This document shows, one piece after another, positions 28,900 through 41,287 of a stretch of DNA of 64,000 bases; the stretch's first letter is position 1; each line of letters begins with the position of its first letter. This stretch comes from Eledone cirrhosa (taxonomy: Eukaryota), in assembly GCA_964016885.1 (NCBI GenBank), contig OZ024747.1, positions 21,452,001 to 21,516,000 on the forward strand. The letters run 5' to 3'. The notes under the pieces are model-generated. The model was not told the DNA's origin and ran no database searches. It worked only from the letters and a program-made list of their open reading frames with translations. A program made the position numbers and the translations under genes.

Positions 28900-29180
28900 A
28901 AATGGGTCTTCTGCAGTACAAGATAATGCAAGAGATCTCAATCTGGTGTCATCTCCTTTGAGAGGTTTAATTATGTAAGTTCAGCTTTTATCATGTCATT
29001 CAAAGCTGTCCTAGGTTTTCCTCTTCCATAGCTTTCATCAACTTTGAGTGCCCTAGGACCTGAGTCTTTGCCAAGTTGACTTCAAGAGCATTTGATTCCA
29101 AGCTATGCTCCCAGTTCAGCAAATTCTTCTCTAATTCTACCATAGATTTGGTTATGAGGGTTAGATCATTGGCATAAATT
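28900..29180 (-). pseudogene. Highly degenerate RTE RT fragment
   Basis: Minus strand shows remnants of YANDLTLI..S and GKPRTA..DMIKAEL motifs. Confidence 0.55.
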
Positions 29181-29219
29181 TATATATGAGTGTTTATATA
29201 TATATATATATATATATAT

Positions 29220-29674
29220 GGAAAGTTATATTTAAATTGTTGGGTTACAACTAGTAAATATTTATAACTGATATAAAAGCACTCAACAAGTATTTGGAGT
29301 ATATTTACGATATTAAATAAATGGAAACTATATTTATAAAACCATATTTATTTCACTATATATATTTCAGGGATATCATATTAACAATATGTTATGCCTT
29401 CCTCAGACAAAATACAATATAGACAGTTTTATAGATAAATAGATTTGACATACCGTTCAACATCGACTTGTATTTGAAAAAGTTGATTTGGCAAATCAAC
29501 TTTTTCAAATACAAGTCGATGTTGAACGGTATGTCAAATCTATTTATCTATAAAACTGTCTATATTGTATTTTGTCTGAGGAAGGCATAACATATTGTTA
29601 ATATGATATCCCTGAAATATATATAGTGAAATAAATATGGTTTTATAAATATAGTTTCCATTTATTTAATATCG

Positions 29675-29676
<2 letters not shown>
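29220..29676 (-). mobile_element. PLE-like fold-back with hammerhead in both arms
   Basis: Arms 29306-29490 / 29492-29676 (1-nt loop); tail 29220-29305. CTGAGGA-[AGGCATAACATATT gtt AATATGATATCCCT]-GAAA-TATATA-TA at 29576-29625. Family copies at 23345-23530, 25508-25657 and 60148-60612. Confidence 0.85.
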
Positions 29677-29708
<32 letters not shown>

Positions 29709-29726
29709 TGTACATATATATATATA

Positions 29727-30618
29727 CAGGGTGCGGACGATATCTGTTTGCAAGATTACTGTCTAGGAAAAAATAACACAGTAGTTTCATTTTTTAAGAT
29801 TTATTTATAAGATTTATTTATCAAACTTGTCTTCATGACTTGTTCTTTCGATCTCACTCGATAAACCCGCCATTGGCTTTGATGACGGCCTCAAGTCGGC
29901 CTCGGCACCGGCTACAGGCCTTCGTCACTGTCCTCCGACTTAGGCCCCTAAAGGCACTTGTGATCCTGGCCTTCAGATCGTCTTTCCTATTGCATCTAGA
30001 TCTGTTGGTGTCTCGTTCCACTGTGCCCCACACAAAGAAGTCAAGGGGGTTACAGTCAGGCGAGCTGGGAGGCCAGATGTCAGGTGAAGTGTGGTTGACA
30101 AAGTTCTCTGACAGCCAGGCTTGGGTCTTTCGGCTGGTATGGCAGGGCGCTGAGTCTTGCTGCCACACGTACGGCCTACCTGCAGCTATCTGGTCGATCC
30201 AGGGCTTTACTACCTCGCTCAGAACGTGGATGTAGCCATCGGTGTTCAGCTTGAGGCCCTCAGGGAAGAAGTGAGGTGGCATGACGTCACATTGACTGCT
30301 AACGACACCTAAGACCAATGTTGTCGCTAGAAACTCTGTCTTCATGACTCTGGGCACATCTTTGGATGAGACAGCGAGCCACCTGTTGTTCTGGGAGTTG
30401 ATCTTCTGATCTTATTTGTCCTCCTGGCGCGGATTCCAAGAAGAACTCCGTGTCTCTTCCACAAATTTGGAGGTTCAAAATTATTCAGAATCAATTATTC
30501 TGAAAATAAATAATGGAAATATAGTCACTGTTTTTATGAAGATAAGAGTGACAACGGAAGTAAAAAAAATTTGCATAAAATTACCAGTTGAAAATTGTGA
30601 ACAAATATCATCCGCACC

Positions 30619-30621
<3 letters not shown>
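29727..30621 (-). mobile_element. Internally deleted Tc1/mariner transposon, DD37D (maT) group
   Basis: TIRs CAGGGTGCGGA(C/T)GATAT(C/T)TGTT flanked by TA; carries a transposase C-terminal fragment. Confidence 0.92.
29854..30357 (-). pseudogene. Transposase catalytic-domain fragment (DD37D)
   Basis: WQQDSAPCH...WPPSSPDCNPLDFFVWG, with 37 residues between the second and third Asp; N-terminus missing. Confidence 0.9.
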
Positions 30622-30667
<46 letters not shown>

Positions 30668-30671
<4 letters not shown>

Positions 30672-30771
30672 ATTATCAGTTGAAAATTGCGAACAAATAT
30701 CGTCCGTGCCCTGTATATATATATATATATATACAGGGTGTGGACGATATTTGTTCGGAATTTTCAAATGC

Positions 30772-30810
<39 letters not shown>

Positions 30811-30850
30811 CATTAGCAGTTGAAAATTGCGAACAAATATCATCCACACC

Positions 30851-30853
<3 letters not shown>
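30668..30853. repeat. Three extra about 46-bp copies of the transposon end, separated by (TA)n
   Basis: 30668-30713 and 30808-30853 have the same orientation as 30575-30621; 30734-30780 is inverted. Confidence 0.9.
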
Positions 30854-30885
<32 letters not shown>

Positions 30886-30969
30886 AAAGGTAAACAGAAA
30901 TAACAACAAAACCGGTACAGTATATGGAAGGTATATATTAGGTTAACGCTTGATATAGCAGGAAGAGGG

Positions 30970-31005
30970 TCTTAACGTTTCGGACACTAGTCCTTCATCA
31001 GAAGA
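30970..31005 (-). ncRNA. Minimal hammerhead (PLE-type CTGATGAAGG...CCGAAACGTT)
   Basis: Minus strand TCTT-CTGATGA-A-GGACtagtGTCC-GAAACGTT-AAGA within a pLTR-like fragment at 30882-31100; related tail at about 17880-17935. Confidence 0.7.
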
Positions 31006-31378
31006 AAGAATGAGAAATAAAATAGATTGAGGGGACGGGCGGGATGGAATTGGAAAAAATGTCTTTATTGAAGGTACTAGGGTGGGAGTGAAAAATAGAC
31101 AGGTATATATATATATATATAATACATGATGGCTGCAACTCGATTTCGAGTAATGCCATCACTTGATACTTAAGTATGAGCATCACAGATGTGTCTTTTT
31201 AATGTCAAATATCAAATGATGCCTGTGCTTGAAGCTTTTTTAAGTGAGGAAAGGCTATGCACAAAAAAAGAAGAACTGGTCTACATCATTGGATGCAAAC
31301 AAAGTCCCAGGTTTTAAATTAGAGTGATTTTCTCCTAGAGAGATGTCTTAATGAAGACTAGGAGTCTTTAGCTCAAAA

Positions 31379-31412
<34 letters not shown>

Positions 31413-31417
<5 letters not shown>

Positions 31418-31723
31418 AAAAAAGATGAAATCGAAAATACAACTGGAGTTTTTTTAAGAATATTTATTTGTTTCCTTTACCGGTTTCACAGTTCTTATGC
31501 TTTTCAAAAGTAGAATTGAGATGTGAGAAAAACCACAAACCCTCCATCTCAATTGTACTTTTGCAAAGCATAAGAACTGTGAAACCAGTAAAGGAAACAA
31601 AAGGAAACAAATAAATATTCTTAAAAAGACTCCAGTTGCATTTTCGATTTCATCTTTTTTCCTTATACTTTCACTCGTGTAGGACATCTCGTTTTTTTTT
31701 TATTTTAAAAAACCTCATTTTCT
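31413..31723 (+). mobile_element. Second fold-back copy of the 17231 family
   Basis: Same sequence family with a shorter inverted arm; the arms are somewhat diverged from each other. Confidence 0.85.
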
Positions 31724-32200
31724 TATATATATATACAGACACCTCACATGCTCAAACAAACAAATGTGTCAGCTAGTCAAGGGAAAATAGTTATAAACTC
31801 CAGATATGCATAGCCAAGCGCTATGCCAATCCTCAACATAGTAAAACAATGCATTGAGAATACATTAAGAGTTTTCATATTCAAAACATTCTGTTAACCA
31901 ATCAACACACTTCTCGATATAATAACTAATCAGAAACAAGATGAAAAAAAATTGTATCTAAAATAACAAATCCAAAACAGTGGACATTCTGTTGTCAAAA
32001 ATCTCTGTTGTCAATACTTTGAATCTATGGTAATATAGGGTTGTGAAATCTAATATATGAACTCCTACTAAGAATAAGGAAAAACACGATGAAATGTGGA
32101 AAATTATAAATACACTATGTAAGAGAACAAGTTAATATTTTTCATATGTCTTGGACAGAAAAAAAGAAACTGATTTCCATATGTTAAGGTAATGATAACG

Positions 32201-32238
<38 letters not shown>

Positions 32239-32293
32239 ATGTATATATATATATATATGTGTGTGTGTATGTATATATATATATGTGTGTGTG

Positions 32294-32354
<61 letters not shown>

Positions 32355-33212
32355 GTGTATGTGTGTGTGTGTGTGTGTATGTGTGTGAGCAATGCAGCTT
32401 TTCTATTAGGCATGTGGTATTGAAAACATTATTGTAATGTAATTATGGTTCTTTCATTTTTATTTTACTTTTGATGATACCATGGTGAGTTCTAAGTGTA
32501 TATGTGTGTATATATATACATGTGTGTGTGTGTATTATATTATATTCTGTCAGCCATGTAGTATTGAGAACATTATTATAATGTAATTTTAATTCTTTCA
32601 TTTCAAGTTTTTCCAGCTTGTGAATTTTACTTTTTTATACAATAATATAATATAATATGTGTGTGAGTGTGAGTGTGTGTGTGCATGTGCATGCGTTTGT
32701 GAGTGTGTGTGTGTGTCTTTCTGCATGTGTATTTTTTTCTTTTGTTTTGTCTGTGTATGTATGTGTCTATGTGTGTCTATTTACTTGTTTAAATGTATAT
32801 TTTGCATGTGTGTGTGTGTGTGTGTGTTTCTAAATATCACTGAATATTTTCTTTGTATCAACATTTTTAGAACGTGCATCACCAAATTTGCTTTGTTGTT
32901 TTAAACTCAGAACTGATGCAGTATTATTTCTTTTATCAATGTTTTGTGGTTGTTGTTGTTGTTGTGGTGGTGGTCGTCGTAGTGGTGGTTGTGGTTATTG
33001 TTGTTTAACCCAAGGATATCCCCTAGCAATCAAACTTATGATCAAAAGTATTCCAGCTTTGACCATCCCCACTTCTACAGAAAACCCAGGAGCATTACAT
33101 TAGTCAATGTGTTCTTGTCTAAGAAGATGGTAGATTGCGATTTGATGGAATATGGCTGTTATTTCTTGCAGGTCAATCCAATGTTTTGAACCAAATTTCA
33201 GACAGAAACATT

Positions 33213-33479
33213 TTAATCCTTATGTTACTATATTGTTAATGAAAAACATTGTCTGTAATTTACAAATAATTTTGAAAATAATTGTGAATTTGAAGGGATT
33301 TAATAACATTATTAACTCTTTCATTGTTCAGCTGTTGCTTGAAGCAAAAGTTTTTTACAAAAGTTCTTACATAAAATTTTGATGGAAGGTTTTTAAATGA
33401 ATATAAACACTTTAAAATAAACAGCTTTATATCAAAGACCCAATGGCAGTTTCAAATGATTTGGTATGAAAAAGGTTAA
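33213..33479. mobile_element. TTAA-flanked MITE (piggyBac-like ends), degenerate
   Basis: TTAATCCTTATGTTAC...GGTATGAAAAAGGTTAA; related to 62046-62265. Confidence 0.55.
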
Positions 33480-34285
33480 TGAAAAGTGACTGCTGGATCA
33501 TATTTTGTTATGAATCATCATCATACAGCATTTTATAAAGTCTGTTTGTTTTGTTTTTGTTAATTCTTAATCAAAGAAAGAAAGACAATGCTTTTGCTTC
33601 TTTTGTCTGTGAGACAGATATGGGGAATATGGAGGAGAGAAGATGAAAACACAACTCATGAATGGGTTATTACAAAAATATTGAGTTATCTAAATAAAAA
33701 TTGAATCAGGTAATGGTGTTAAATTGCTCTGACAGATTGTCTACAAGCCCAATGTATTAAGTTTACCATTCCAATAGATTAAGTCTACCACATCTTCTAC
33801 GCCATCAAAGGAAACCAGGCACACTCCCACTATATCAGACACCATCCACTTCAAGGCCATCAGCATGACCCCCCGCCCCAGCAGTGTAATGTCTGCACCC
33901 AAGCCCCAACCACTACCAATCTCTTCTGAGATAGTGCTGGTGTCACAATGAAAGGCACCAAGACCACTCTGTAAAAGAGGATATTGTCGGCATCATGATA
34001 AAATGTTCCCAGTACATACTGTAAAGTGGTAGGTGTTAGGAAGAGCATCCTGCCATAGAAACCATGCTTCCAGTACACACTGTAAAATGGTTGGCATTAG
34101 GAAGGCATCCAGCCATAGAAACAAAACCAAAACAAAAGGTATGTGCAGGGCCTAGTCACTTAACCAGTCAGGCCTCAACACATGACAGCTATCTAACCTA
34201 TGGAAACATGGAAAATAGATGTTAAATGGTGATGATGATGATATGTGTATGTGTATGTGCATGCATGTGTATATATATATATATA

Positions 34286-34822
34286 TAAAATAAAGTAAAA
34301 TAAATAAGTCAAATGTTTAAAATTTAGCTTCGTTTATTGCTGCTATATATATTTCAGTGACAGCCATCTTTGGCTGTGACCTCTTCAGGCAGTCCGTGTG
34401 GTATAGACAAGTACATATGTTGTTGAGGTATATAATTTTGTCAATACTCTGATATGCCTAGTTCCTGGTTGGGTTGTTATTTCACTGAGGAACTGGAAGA
34501 TATGATTCCAGTTCCTCAGTGAAATAACAACCCAACCAGGAACTGGGCATATCAGAGTATTGACAATATTATACACCTCAACAACATATGTACTTGTCTA
34601 TACCACACTAATTCGGACTGCCTGAAGAGGTCACAGCCAAAGATGGCTGTCACCGAAATATATATAGCAGTAATAAACGAAGCTAAATTTTAAACATTTG
34701 ACTTATTTATTTTACTTTATTTTACATTACTCCGGAGTAACCAAACCAACCTGCGCACTTCGTCGAGTGCTCCAGCCTGCATACTGAGGTGTTGGTATAC
34801 AACCAACATATACTCAAAATCT
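34286..34822 (+). mobile_element. PLE-like fold-back pseudo-LTR in (TA)n
   Basis: Arms 34286-34498 / 34506-34724 plus about 98-nt tail. Confidence 0.88.
34617..34671 (+). ncRNA. Type-I hammerhead ribozyme (AUA site)
   Basis: ACTGC-CTGAAGA-GGTCACAGCCAaagaTGGCTGTCACC-GAAA-TATATA-TA-GCAGT, immediately followed by AATAAA; predicted cut after 34666. Confidence 0.85.
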
Positions 34823-34836
34823 ATATATATATATAT

Positions 34837-35552
34837 ATAATATATAAGAACAAAAGATGGTTAAAGGAGTTCCATGTATTTTATTATGCGCATTTCAAAA
34901 ACAAACATCATCATGCAATAATATTTGTGTTTTCATCAGATAAAATAGGAGGACATGATATGAAGGCTAAAAAACACTTGTGGATAGTGCAGTTTTAAAT
35001 CAACATATGAGAAGTAGTTTTAGATTGATGTGTGATATTGGGAAAAATATTTTTAAAAAATATTTTAAATCTTTTAAAAATATTTTATATCTTTTAAAAT
35101 ATTTTAAATCTTTTAAAATATTTTAAATCTTTTAAAATATTTTAAATCTTTTAAAATCTTTTAAAATCTTTTAAATCTTTTAAAATATTTTTTAAAAACT
35201 CAGAGATTCAATATTTTAAATCTTTTAAAAATATTTTAAATCTTTTAAAATATGTTTCCCAATATCACACATCAATCTAAAACTACTTCTCATATGTTGA
35301 TTTAAAACTGCACTATCCACAAGTGTTTTTTAGCCTTCATATCATGTCCTCCTGTTTTATCTGATGAAAACACAAATATTATTGCATGATGATGTTTGTT
35401 TTTGAAATGCGCATAATAAAATACATGGAACTCCTTTAACCATCTTTTGTTCTTATATATTATGTATACTCCAGTCCTACAAACTGTAGAGTGCTTCTTA
35501 TCCGATATCTGCATTGCTTTATTGTACTACAATAAAACTCACCTCCTACATT
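34837..35552 (+). mobile_element. PLE-like fold-back with AT-rich slippage spacer
   Basis: Arms about 34837-35059 / 35243-35463, spacer of TTTTAAAATATTTTAAATC-like repeats, about 89-nt tail. Confidence 0.88.
35356..35420 (+). ncRNA. Type-I hammerhead ribozyme (AUA site)
   Basis: TTTAT-CTGATGA-[36-nt hairpin]-GAAA-TGCGCA-TA-ATAAA; palindromic stem III. Confidence 0.8.
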
Positions 35553-36368
35553 ATATATATATATATATATATAAATATATATATATATAAATATATATAT
35601 GGAATTTAATTAATATGGTGTTTGATACTTTTTGTATCATATATATGTGTGCTTGTGTGTGTATGTGTATCATGATGATATATTCTTTTTATGGCCAGTT
35701 TTTCCATGCTACTATGGGTTGAATATGTATATGTACCTGTGTATTTATAATTCTGTGTGTGTGTGTGATGGGAGGTTGTGTGCACGTTTGCTTAAATACA
35801 TGACTTAAAAACTAATTAGCAATCATAATTTCTATCATCATCCTCACCAGCACCCCCACAACCATCACCAATGTTACCACCACAAACCATCGTCATCCAT
35901 CACCCTCACCATCATCGTCATCATCATCATCATCACCATTGTTATCACCGTCCTTATCAACACTGAGAAAACAATGAAGTCTTTATGGCAATCACTTGAA
36001 CTACTAGAAATAGCTAAAACTCCCTCAAATTACAGCCACCCAGATAAAAATGGATAGAGTGTCTGTGTTCATAAGTATGGTAGTTGTTAAATCTTTACAA
36101 AGTGTTGCAACTTTGATAAATACCGACTGAAGAAAAAAAATGGAATGTATTACCAACACCAGACTAAACAAATCTACCCAATCTTCACATCATACCCTTT
36201 ACCTTTCCACATTCTGTTTTGATATTCCTGGAACCTTTTCATGAAGTAGATTTATTGTTAATTGTAGAAACTCGCCAGACAGTCCTATGCGAGCAAGACA
36301 ACCACTCTTGCCTCAAGTGGGAAAACTCCCGTCCAAACCCATGCAAGCGTGGAACATGGACGTTAAAC

Positions 36369-36399
<31 letters not shown>

Positions 36400-36558
36400 T
36401 AGTACTGTATGAAATGGAATGAACCCCCCCCCCCTTCTTTCTTCCCCCTCCCCGTATGTTTCACCTATGAGCGTTCCAGTTGTTCGATCAATGTTTCTAC
36501 CTACCTCATGAAATTAACATGTTGGTGCCTGAGGAGCATTCCACAGACACATCTACCC

Positions 36559-36970
36559 TTAACCCTTTAACATTTAAACCGGCCATATCTGGCCAGAATT
36601 CTCTCAACTCTTTCTCTTCAAACCGGCTCTAACTGGCCACACATACTGATGTTAAGGTATTGTTTTAAAATAGATAATATCAAAAACTCAGAGATTCAAT
36701 ATTTATGAGATAATTATGTGAGGTAAAGTCTTTACCATGAAAATACAATAGTTTATAGAGAGTAATTGTTTCTACTTTTGGCACAAGGCCAGCAATTATC
36801 CCAGTGCATTACTGGTACTTTATTTTATCGACCCCGTAAGGATGAAAGGCAAAGTTAACCTAGGCGGGATTTGAACTCAGAATGGCAAGGGCCGTAACTC
36901 TATGCATCAAAGCATGGCGTCCAACCCTCTACCGATACTGCCAAGAGTAATGTAACTGCTAAAGGGTTAA
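36559..36970. mobile_element. TTAA-flanked MITE containing a SINE insertion
   Basis: TTAA-CCCTTTA...TAAAGGG-TTAA; internal SINE at about 36765-36943(-) flanked by duplicated AGAGTAAT. Confidence 0.75.
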
Positions 36971-37479
36971 CGAAATACACAGGGAGATCCAGCATCACAA
37001 GTACAGTAGTACATCTGACAGGCTTCCAAACAGTATTCACCTACCCTAATTTCACTCACAAGGCTTGGATTGATCCAAGGCTATAGTAAATGACACTTGC
37101 CCAAGATAACACACATGGGAATTGAATCCAAGACCTAATGATTACAAACTGAACCTCTTACCATTCAGTCACACAGCATCCACGTTAGTACAATATACCA
37201 TATAACTAAACTCTGCTAAATTACCAATAATTTTTTTATCAAATGAGCTGCTAAGGGTATGATACATATACAAATCAGTCTATACATATTATTTAAACCC
37301 TAGATAATAGAAAGTTTATAAGCAGTGCTCAATGTACAGATTGAGTGAGAAGTCAGTCAGAGTGAAACTAATCTGTTCTCTCTTTTTTCTGTCTATGAAA
37401 ATATTGTATATAAAGACAAGGTGTTTATATCTCGGGGTTTTTTTTGTAATATTGCATGTTATATATACATGTATGTGCT

Positions 37480-37510
<31 letters not shown>

Positions 37511-37596
37511 CTGTATATGTGTGTCTCTATATATATATATTTGTGTGTGCCTGTATATATGTGTGTGTGAGTGTGTATGTATATATACATATATAT

Positions 37597-38940
37597 CATC
37601 ATCATCATCATCACCGTTTTACGTCCGTTCTTCCACGCTAGCATGGGTTAGACGAGTTGTCCTGTTGTGGGCAGTGTCTGGTCGGCTGACCATGCCTTGC
37701 TCATACAGGAACTGATCTGGCTTGATTTCTACAGCTGGATGCCCTTCCTAACACCAACCTCATTTACAGTGAGTGCTGGGTGCTTTTTCCTGGCGCCTAC
37801 ACGTCCACTTTACAGTGTGGGCTGGGTGCTTTTTTTTTGCCGTGGCACCTCCACGACCACCTTGCGGTGGGGGGTGTGGAGGCATATTGTCTATATGCTT
37901 CAGCTTGTACCCATGGGAGGTCGGGTACTCTGTATTACTGCGTGACGCCAGAAGTCACGGTCGTGTGTCATTGTCTTTGAGAGGTGTAATTGGGTAAGGT
38001 CGGCTTTTATCACCTCATCCCAGGTCATCTTGGGTCTCCCCACTCCGCGGTTTCCATCAACTTCTAGTGCTCTGCACCTTTTTATGCAGCTGTCATCCTT
38101 CATACGCATCACATGTCCATACCAGCGCAACCGCCTCTCCTGCACACAGCATTTGATTCCTCTTATGCTCAGTCTCTCTCTCAATTCCTTTATGCTTTGT
38201 CGTTCACGTATATTACTGTTACACATCCATCGGAGCATGCAGGCTTCGTTTCTCTCTAAGTCTCTACGTAAGTCTTCCACCTTCAGCGCCCAGGTCTCAC
38301 TACCATGCAACATCGCTGTTCGGATACACGCATCATACAGTCTGCCTTTCATTCTGAGGGAGAAGCCTTTTGCAGCTAGCAGTGGTAGTAGTTCCCTAAA
38401 CTTCTTCCATCCTAGTTATTGTACTTTCTGAACACCCACCTCCGTTGCTAATTCGGTCACCTAGGTAGCAGAAGCTGTCTACTGTTTCTACAGGGCCCTC
38501 CCAGAGATTGGTGGTACTTGTTTCCTGTGGCTGTTTGCTGCTTGCTGTCTCAGCACAGCTGCTGCATGTGAATCCTACATTCTTAATTAAGCTTCCTGTA
38601 CCCATTGTTTGCATTTGGGGCAGAGAATGGAGTTCCTACCTACACCTTTCCTACATACTGAGCAAGGCCATTTCCCTGAGGGGATCTGGGTTCTGTTTTC
38701 TCGTCTACTTACAAGGACCTTAGTCTTTGTCATGTTGACTTTGAGACCCTTTCTTTCTAGTCCCTGCTTCCAGGTTTGGAATTTATTCTCTAGTTCTACC
38801 ATAGATTCAGCTATGAGTGCGAGGTCATCAGCATACAGGAGTTCCCATGGGCATCCCGTCTTAAACTCCTCCATTATTGCCTGCAGGACTATGATGAACA
38901 GGAGAGGGCTAAGAACAGAGCCCTGGTGGACCCCAACTTG
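37597..38940 (-). mobile_element. 5'-truncated, frameshifted RTE LINE (family B)
   Basis: VGVHQGSVLSPLLF, LLYADDLAL, MLHGSETW, RRLRWYGHVMRM and GRPKMTW motifs split across frames; 3'UTR with (GAT)n tail. Confidence 0.93.
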
Positions 38941-38954
38941 ATATATATATATAT

Positions 38955-39282
38955 CATCATTTCATTTTACGTCCACTTTTCCCTGCTTGCAAGGGTGGGA
39001 CGGGAACTGATTCTGGCTTGATTTCTACAGCTGGATGCCCTTCCTAACACCAACCTCATTTACAGTGAGTACTGGGTGCTTTTTTGCCGTGGCACCTCCA
39101 CGACCACTTTACAGTGGAATGAAAGGGACCCCATCCCTATCATCTCATTTCTACAGCTGAGTAAACTGGAGCAATGTGAAATAAAGTGTCTTGCTCAAGG
39201 AAACAACACATCACCCGGTCTGAGAATTGAACTCACAACCTTTCGATTGCAAGGCCAATGCTCTAACCACTAAGCCATGTGC
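38955..39282 (-). mobile_element. tRNA-head SINE with RTE-derived 3' tail
   Basis: Reverse complement of the 52073-52421 family. Confidence 0.88.
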
Positions 39283-39303
39283 ATATATATATATATATAT
39301 ATA

Positions 39304-40950
39304 TCATCATCATCATCATCATCATCAGGTTTAGCGTCCGTGTTCCACGCTTGCATGGGTTTGGACGGGGGTTTTCCCACTTGAGGCAAGAGTGGTTGTC
39401 TTGCTCGCATAGGACTGTCTGGCGGGTTTTCTACAGTTGGATGCCCTTCCTAACACCAACCACATTTACAGTGTGGGGCTGGGAGGTTTTTACCGTGTTG
39501 CCTACACGGCCACATTACAGCGTGGACTGTCTGGCGGGTTTTCTACAGCTGGATGCCCTTCCTAACACCAACCACATTTACAGTGTGGGGCTGGGAGGTT
39601 TTTACCGTGTTGCCTACACGGCCACATTTACAGCGTGGACTGTGTGTTTTTTGTCGTGACACCTACACGATCTCATTTGTTTCGGCCTGGATGTTGTGGG
39701 ACCAACATAACTTTACATTGAAAGGGGCGGTGTGGAGGGACGGGGGTGTGTTTTGATAGAGGTGCCTACTGACTGTAGTAGGTTTTTACTTTGTATTTAG
39801 GTAAGGCGGGTCTTCTCTATTACTGAGTACCGCCAAAGGTCTCGGTCCAGTGACATTGTCTTGGAGAGGTGTAAGCGTGTGAGGTCGGAATTTATCAGCT
39901 CGTCCCATGTTTTTCTGGGTCTGCCTACTCCGTGGCTACCGTCTATCTTTATTGCCCTGCACTTTGTTATACAGCTGTCGTCTTTCATGCGCATCACGTG
40001 ACCGTACCAACGTAGCCTTCTCTCGAGTAAACAACATCTGATCCCTCTTATTTCTAATTTTTTCCTTAGTTCGTTTATGCTTTGCCGTTCACGTATATTA
40101 CTATTGCACATCCAGCGGAGCATGCAAGCTTCGTTCCTCTCTAGTCTGCGTATATCCTCTGCACACAATGCCCAGGTCTCACTGCCATGCAGCATTGCTG
40201 TTCGTATGCAGGCATCGTATAACCTGCCTTTCATTTTTAGGGAGAACCCTCTAGCGGCTAATAGTGGTATAAGCTCTCTGAACTTTTTCCATCCAGTTCT
40301 GACTCTAGCTACTGTACTTTCAGAGCACCCTCCCCCACTGCTGATTTTGTCACCCAGATAACGGAAGCTGTCCACTATTTCTATAGAACCCTCTGCGCAG
40401 TTGAAGGAGCTAGTATTTTGTGGGCACTTGCTGCTACTTATTGCACCAGAGCACCGGCCACATGTAAAATCTATGTTCTTAGTTAGCTTACCTGTGATCC
40501 CACTACATCTTTTATGCACCCATACTTTGCATTTGGGACATAAAATGGAGTTTCTACCTACGCCTTTCCTACACACTGAGCATGGCCATTTCCCCGATGG
40601 GACCGCCGCCTTATTTTCTTTCCTACAAACTAGAACTTTAGTCTTAGCCAGGTTAATTTTAAGGCCTTTTGATTCTAGGCCGTGCTTCCACGTTTGGAAT
40701 TTCTTCTCTAGTTCGGTCATTGATTCAGCTATGAGCGTTAGATCATCTGCGTATAGGAGTTCCCATGGGCAGCCGGTCTTGAACTCCTCTGTTATAGCCT
40801 GAAGGGCAATAATAAATAGTAGGGGGCTAAGTACAGAGCCCTGATGGACACCAACTTTTACGCTAAACTCTTCACTATATTCGTTGTTAATTCTAACCTT
40901 AATGACTGTTTCTTTATACATGGCTTGTATAGCTCTCACAAGCCATTCGT

Positions 40951-40953
<3 letters not shown>
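39304..40953 (-). mobile_element. 5'-truncated RTE LINE (family A) in (TA)n
   Basis: Uninterrupted ORF plus 3'UTR (with about 112-bp internal tandem duplication) and (GAT)n tail. Confidence 0.95.
39797..40939 (-). CDS. RTE LINE reverse transcriptase C-terminal part (380 aa, 5'-truncated) with embedded PHD-like finger
   Basis: GVHQGSVLSPLLF, YADD, FRYLG, MLHGSETW, RRLRWYGHV and GRPRKTW motifs. Confidence 0.92.
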   Translation of the reverse strand: MRAIQAMYKETVIKVRINNEYSEEFSVKVGVHQGSVLSPLLFIIALQAITEEFKTGCPWELLYADDLTLIAESMTELEKKFQTWKHGLESKGLKINLAKTKVLVCRKENKAAVPSGKWPCSVCRKGVGRNSILCPKCKVWVHKRCSGITGKLTKNIDFTCGRCSGAISSSKCPQNTSSFNCAEGSIEIVDSFRYLGDKISSGGGCSESTVARVRTGWKKFRELIPLLAARGFSLKMKGRLYDACIRTAMLHGSETWALCAEDIRRLERNEACMLRWMCNSNIRERQSINELRKKLEIRGIRCCLLERRLRWYGHVMRMKDDSCITKCRAIKIDGSHGVGRPRKTWDELINSDLTRLHLSKTMSLDRDLWRYSVIEKTRLT

Positions 40954-41012
<59 letters not shown>

Positions 41013-41218
41013 TTGTGTATGTGTGTGTATACTTACTTCTAAGTTTTTCTCATTAAAGCTGTCGCTAATATTTGATATATACGTTATATATACACTATAC
41101 ACACAACCTGCTTAAAATGTCAGTTCCTAGCTCATTAATAAAAGTTACTTAATCTATCATAAAAATATATGCTTCTAATTACCTTAGCTAATTAAAGAGG
41201 ATATGTTGCTTGAACGTG

Positions 41219-41287
<69 letters not shown>

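Noticed and set aside
34789-35514. Two near-identical ORFs on opposite strands
   Set aside because: This is a consequence of the inverted repeat, and the peptides are antisense to a hammerhead region.
38030-40802. Plus-strand ORFs at 38030, 38609, 40077 and 40401 (also 29840)
   Set aside because: They are antisense shadows of RTE RT or transposase coding sequence.
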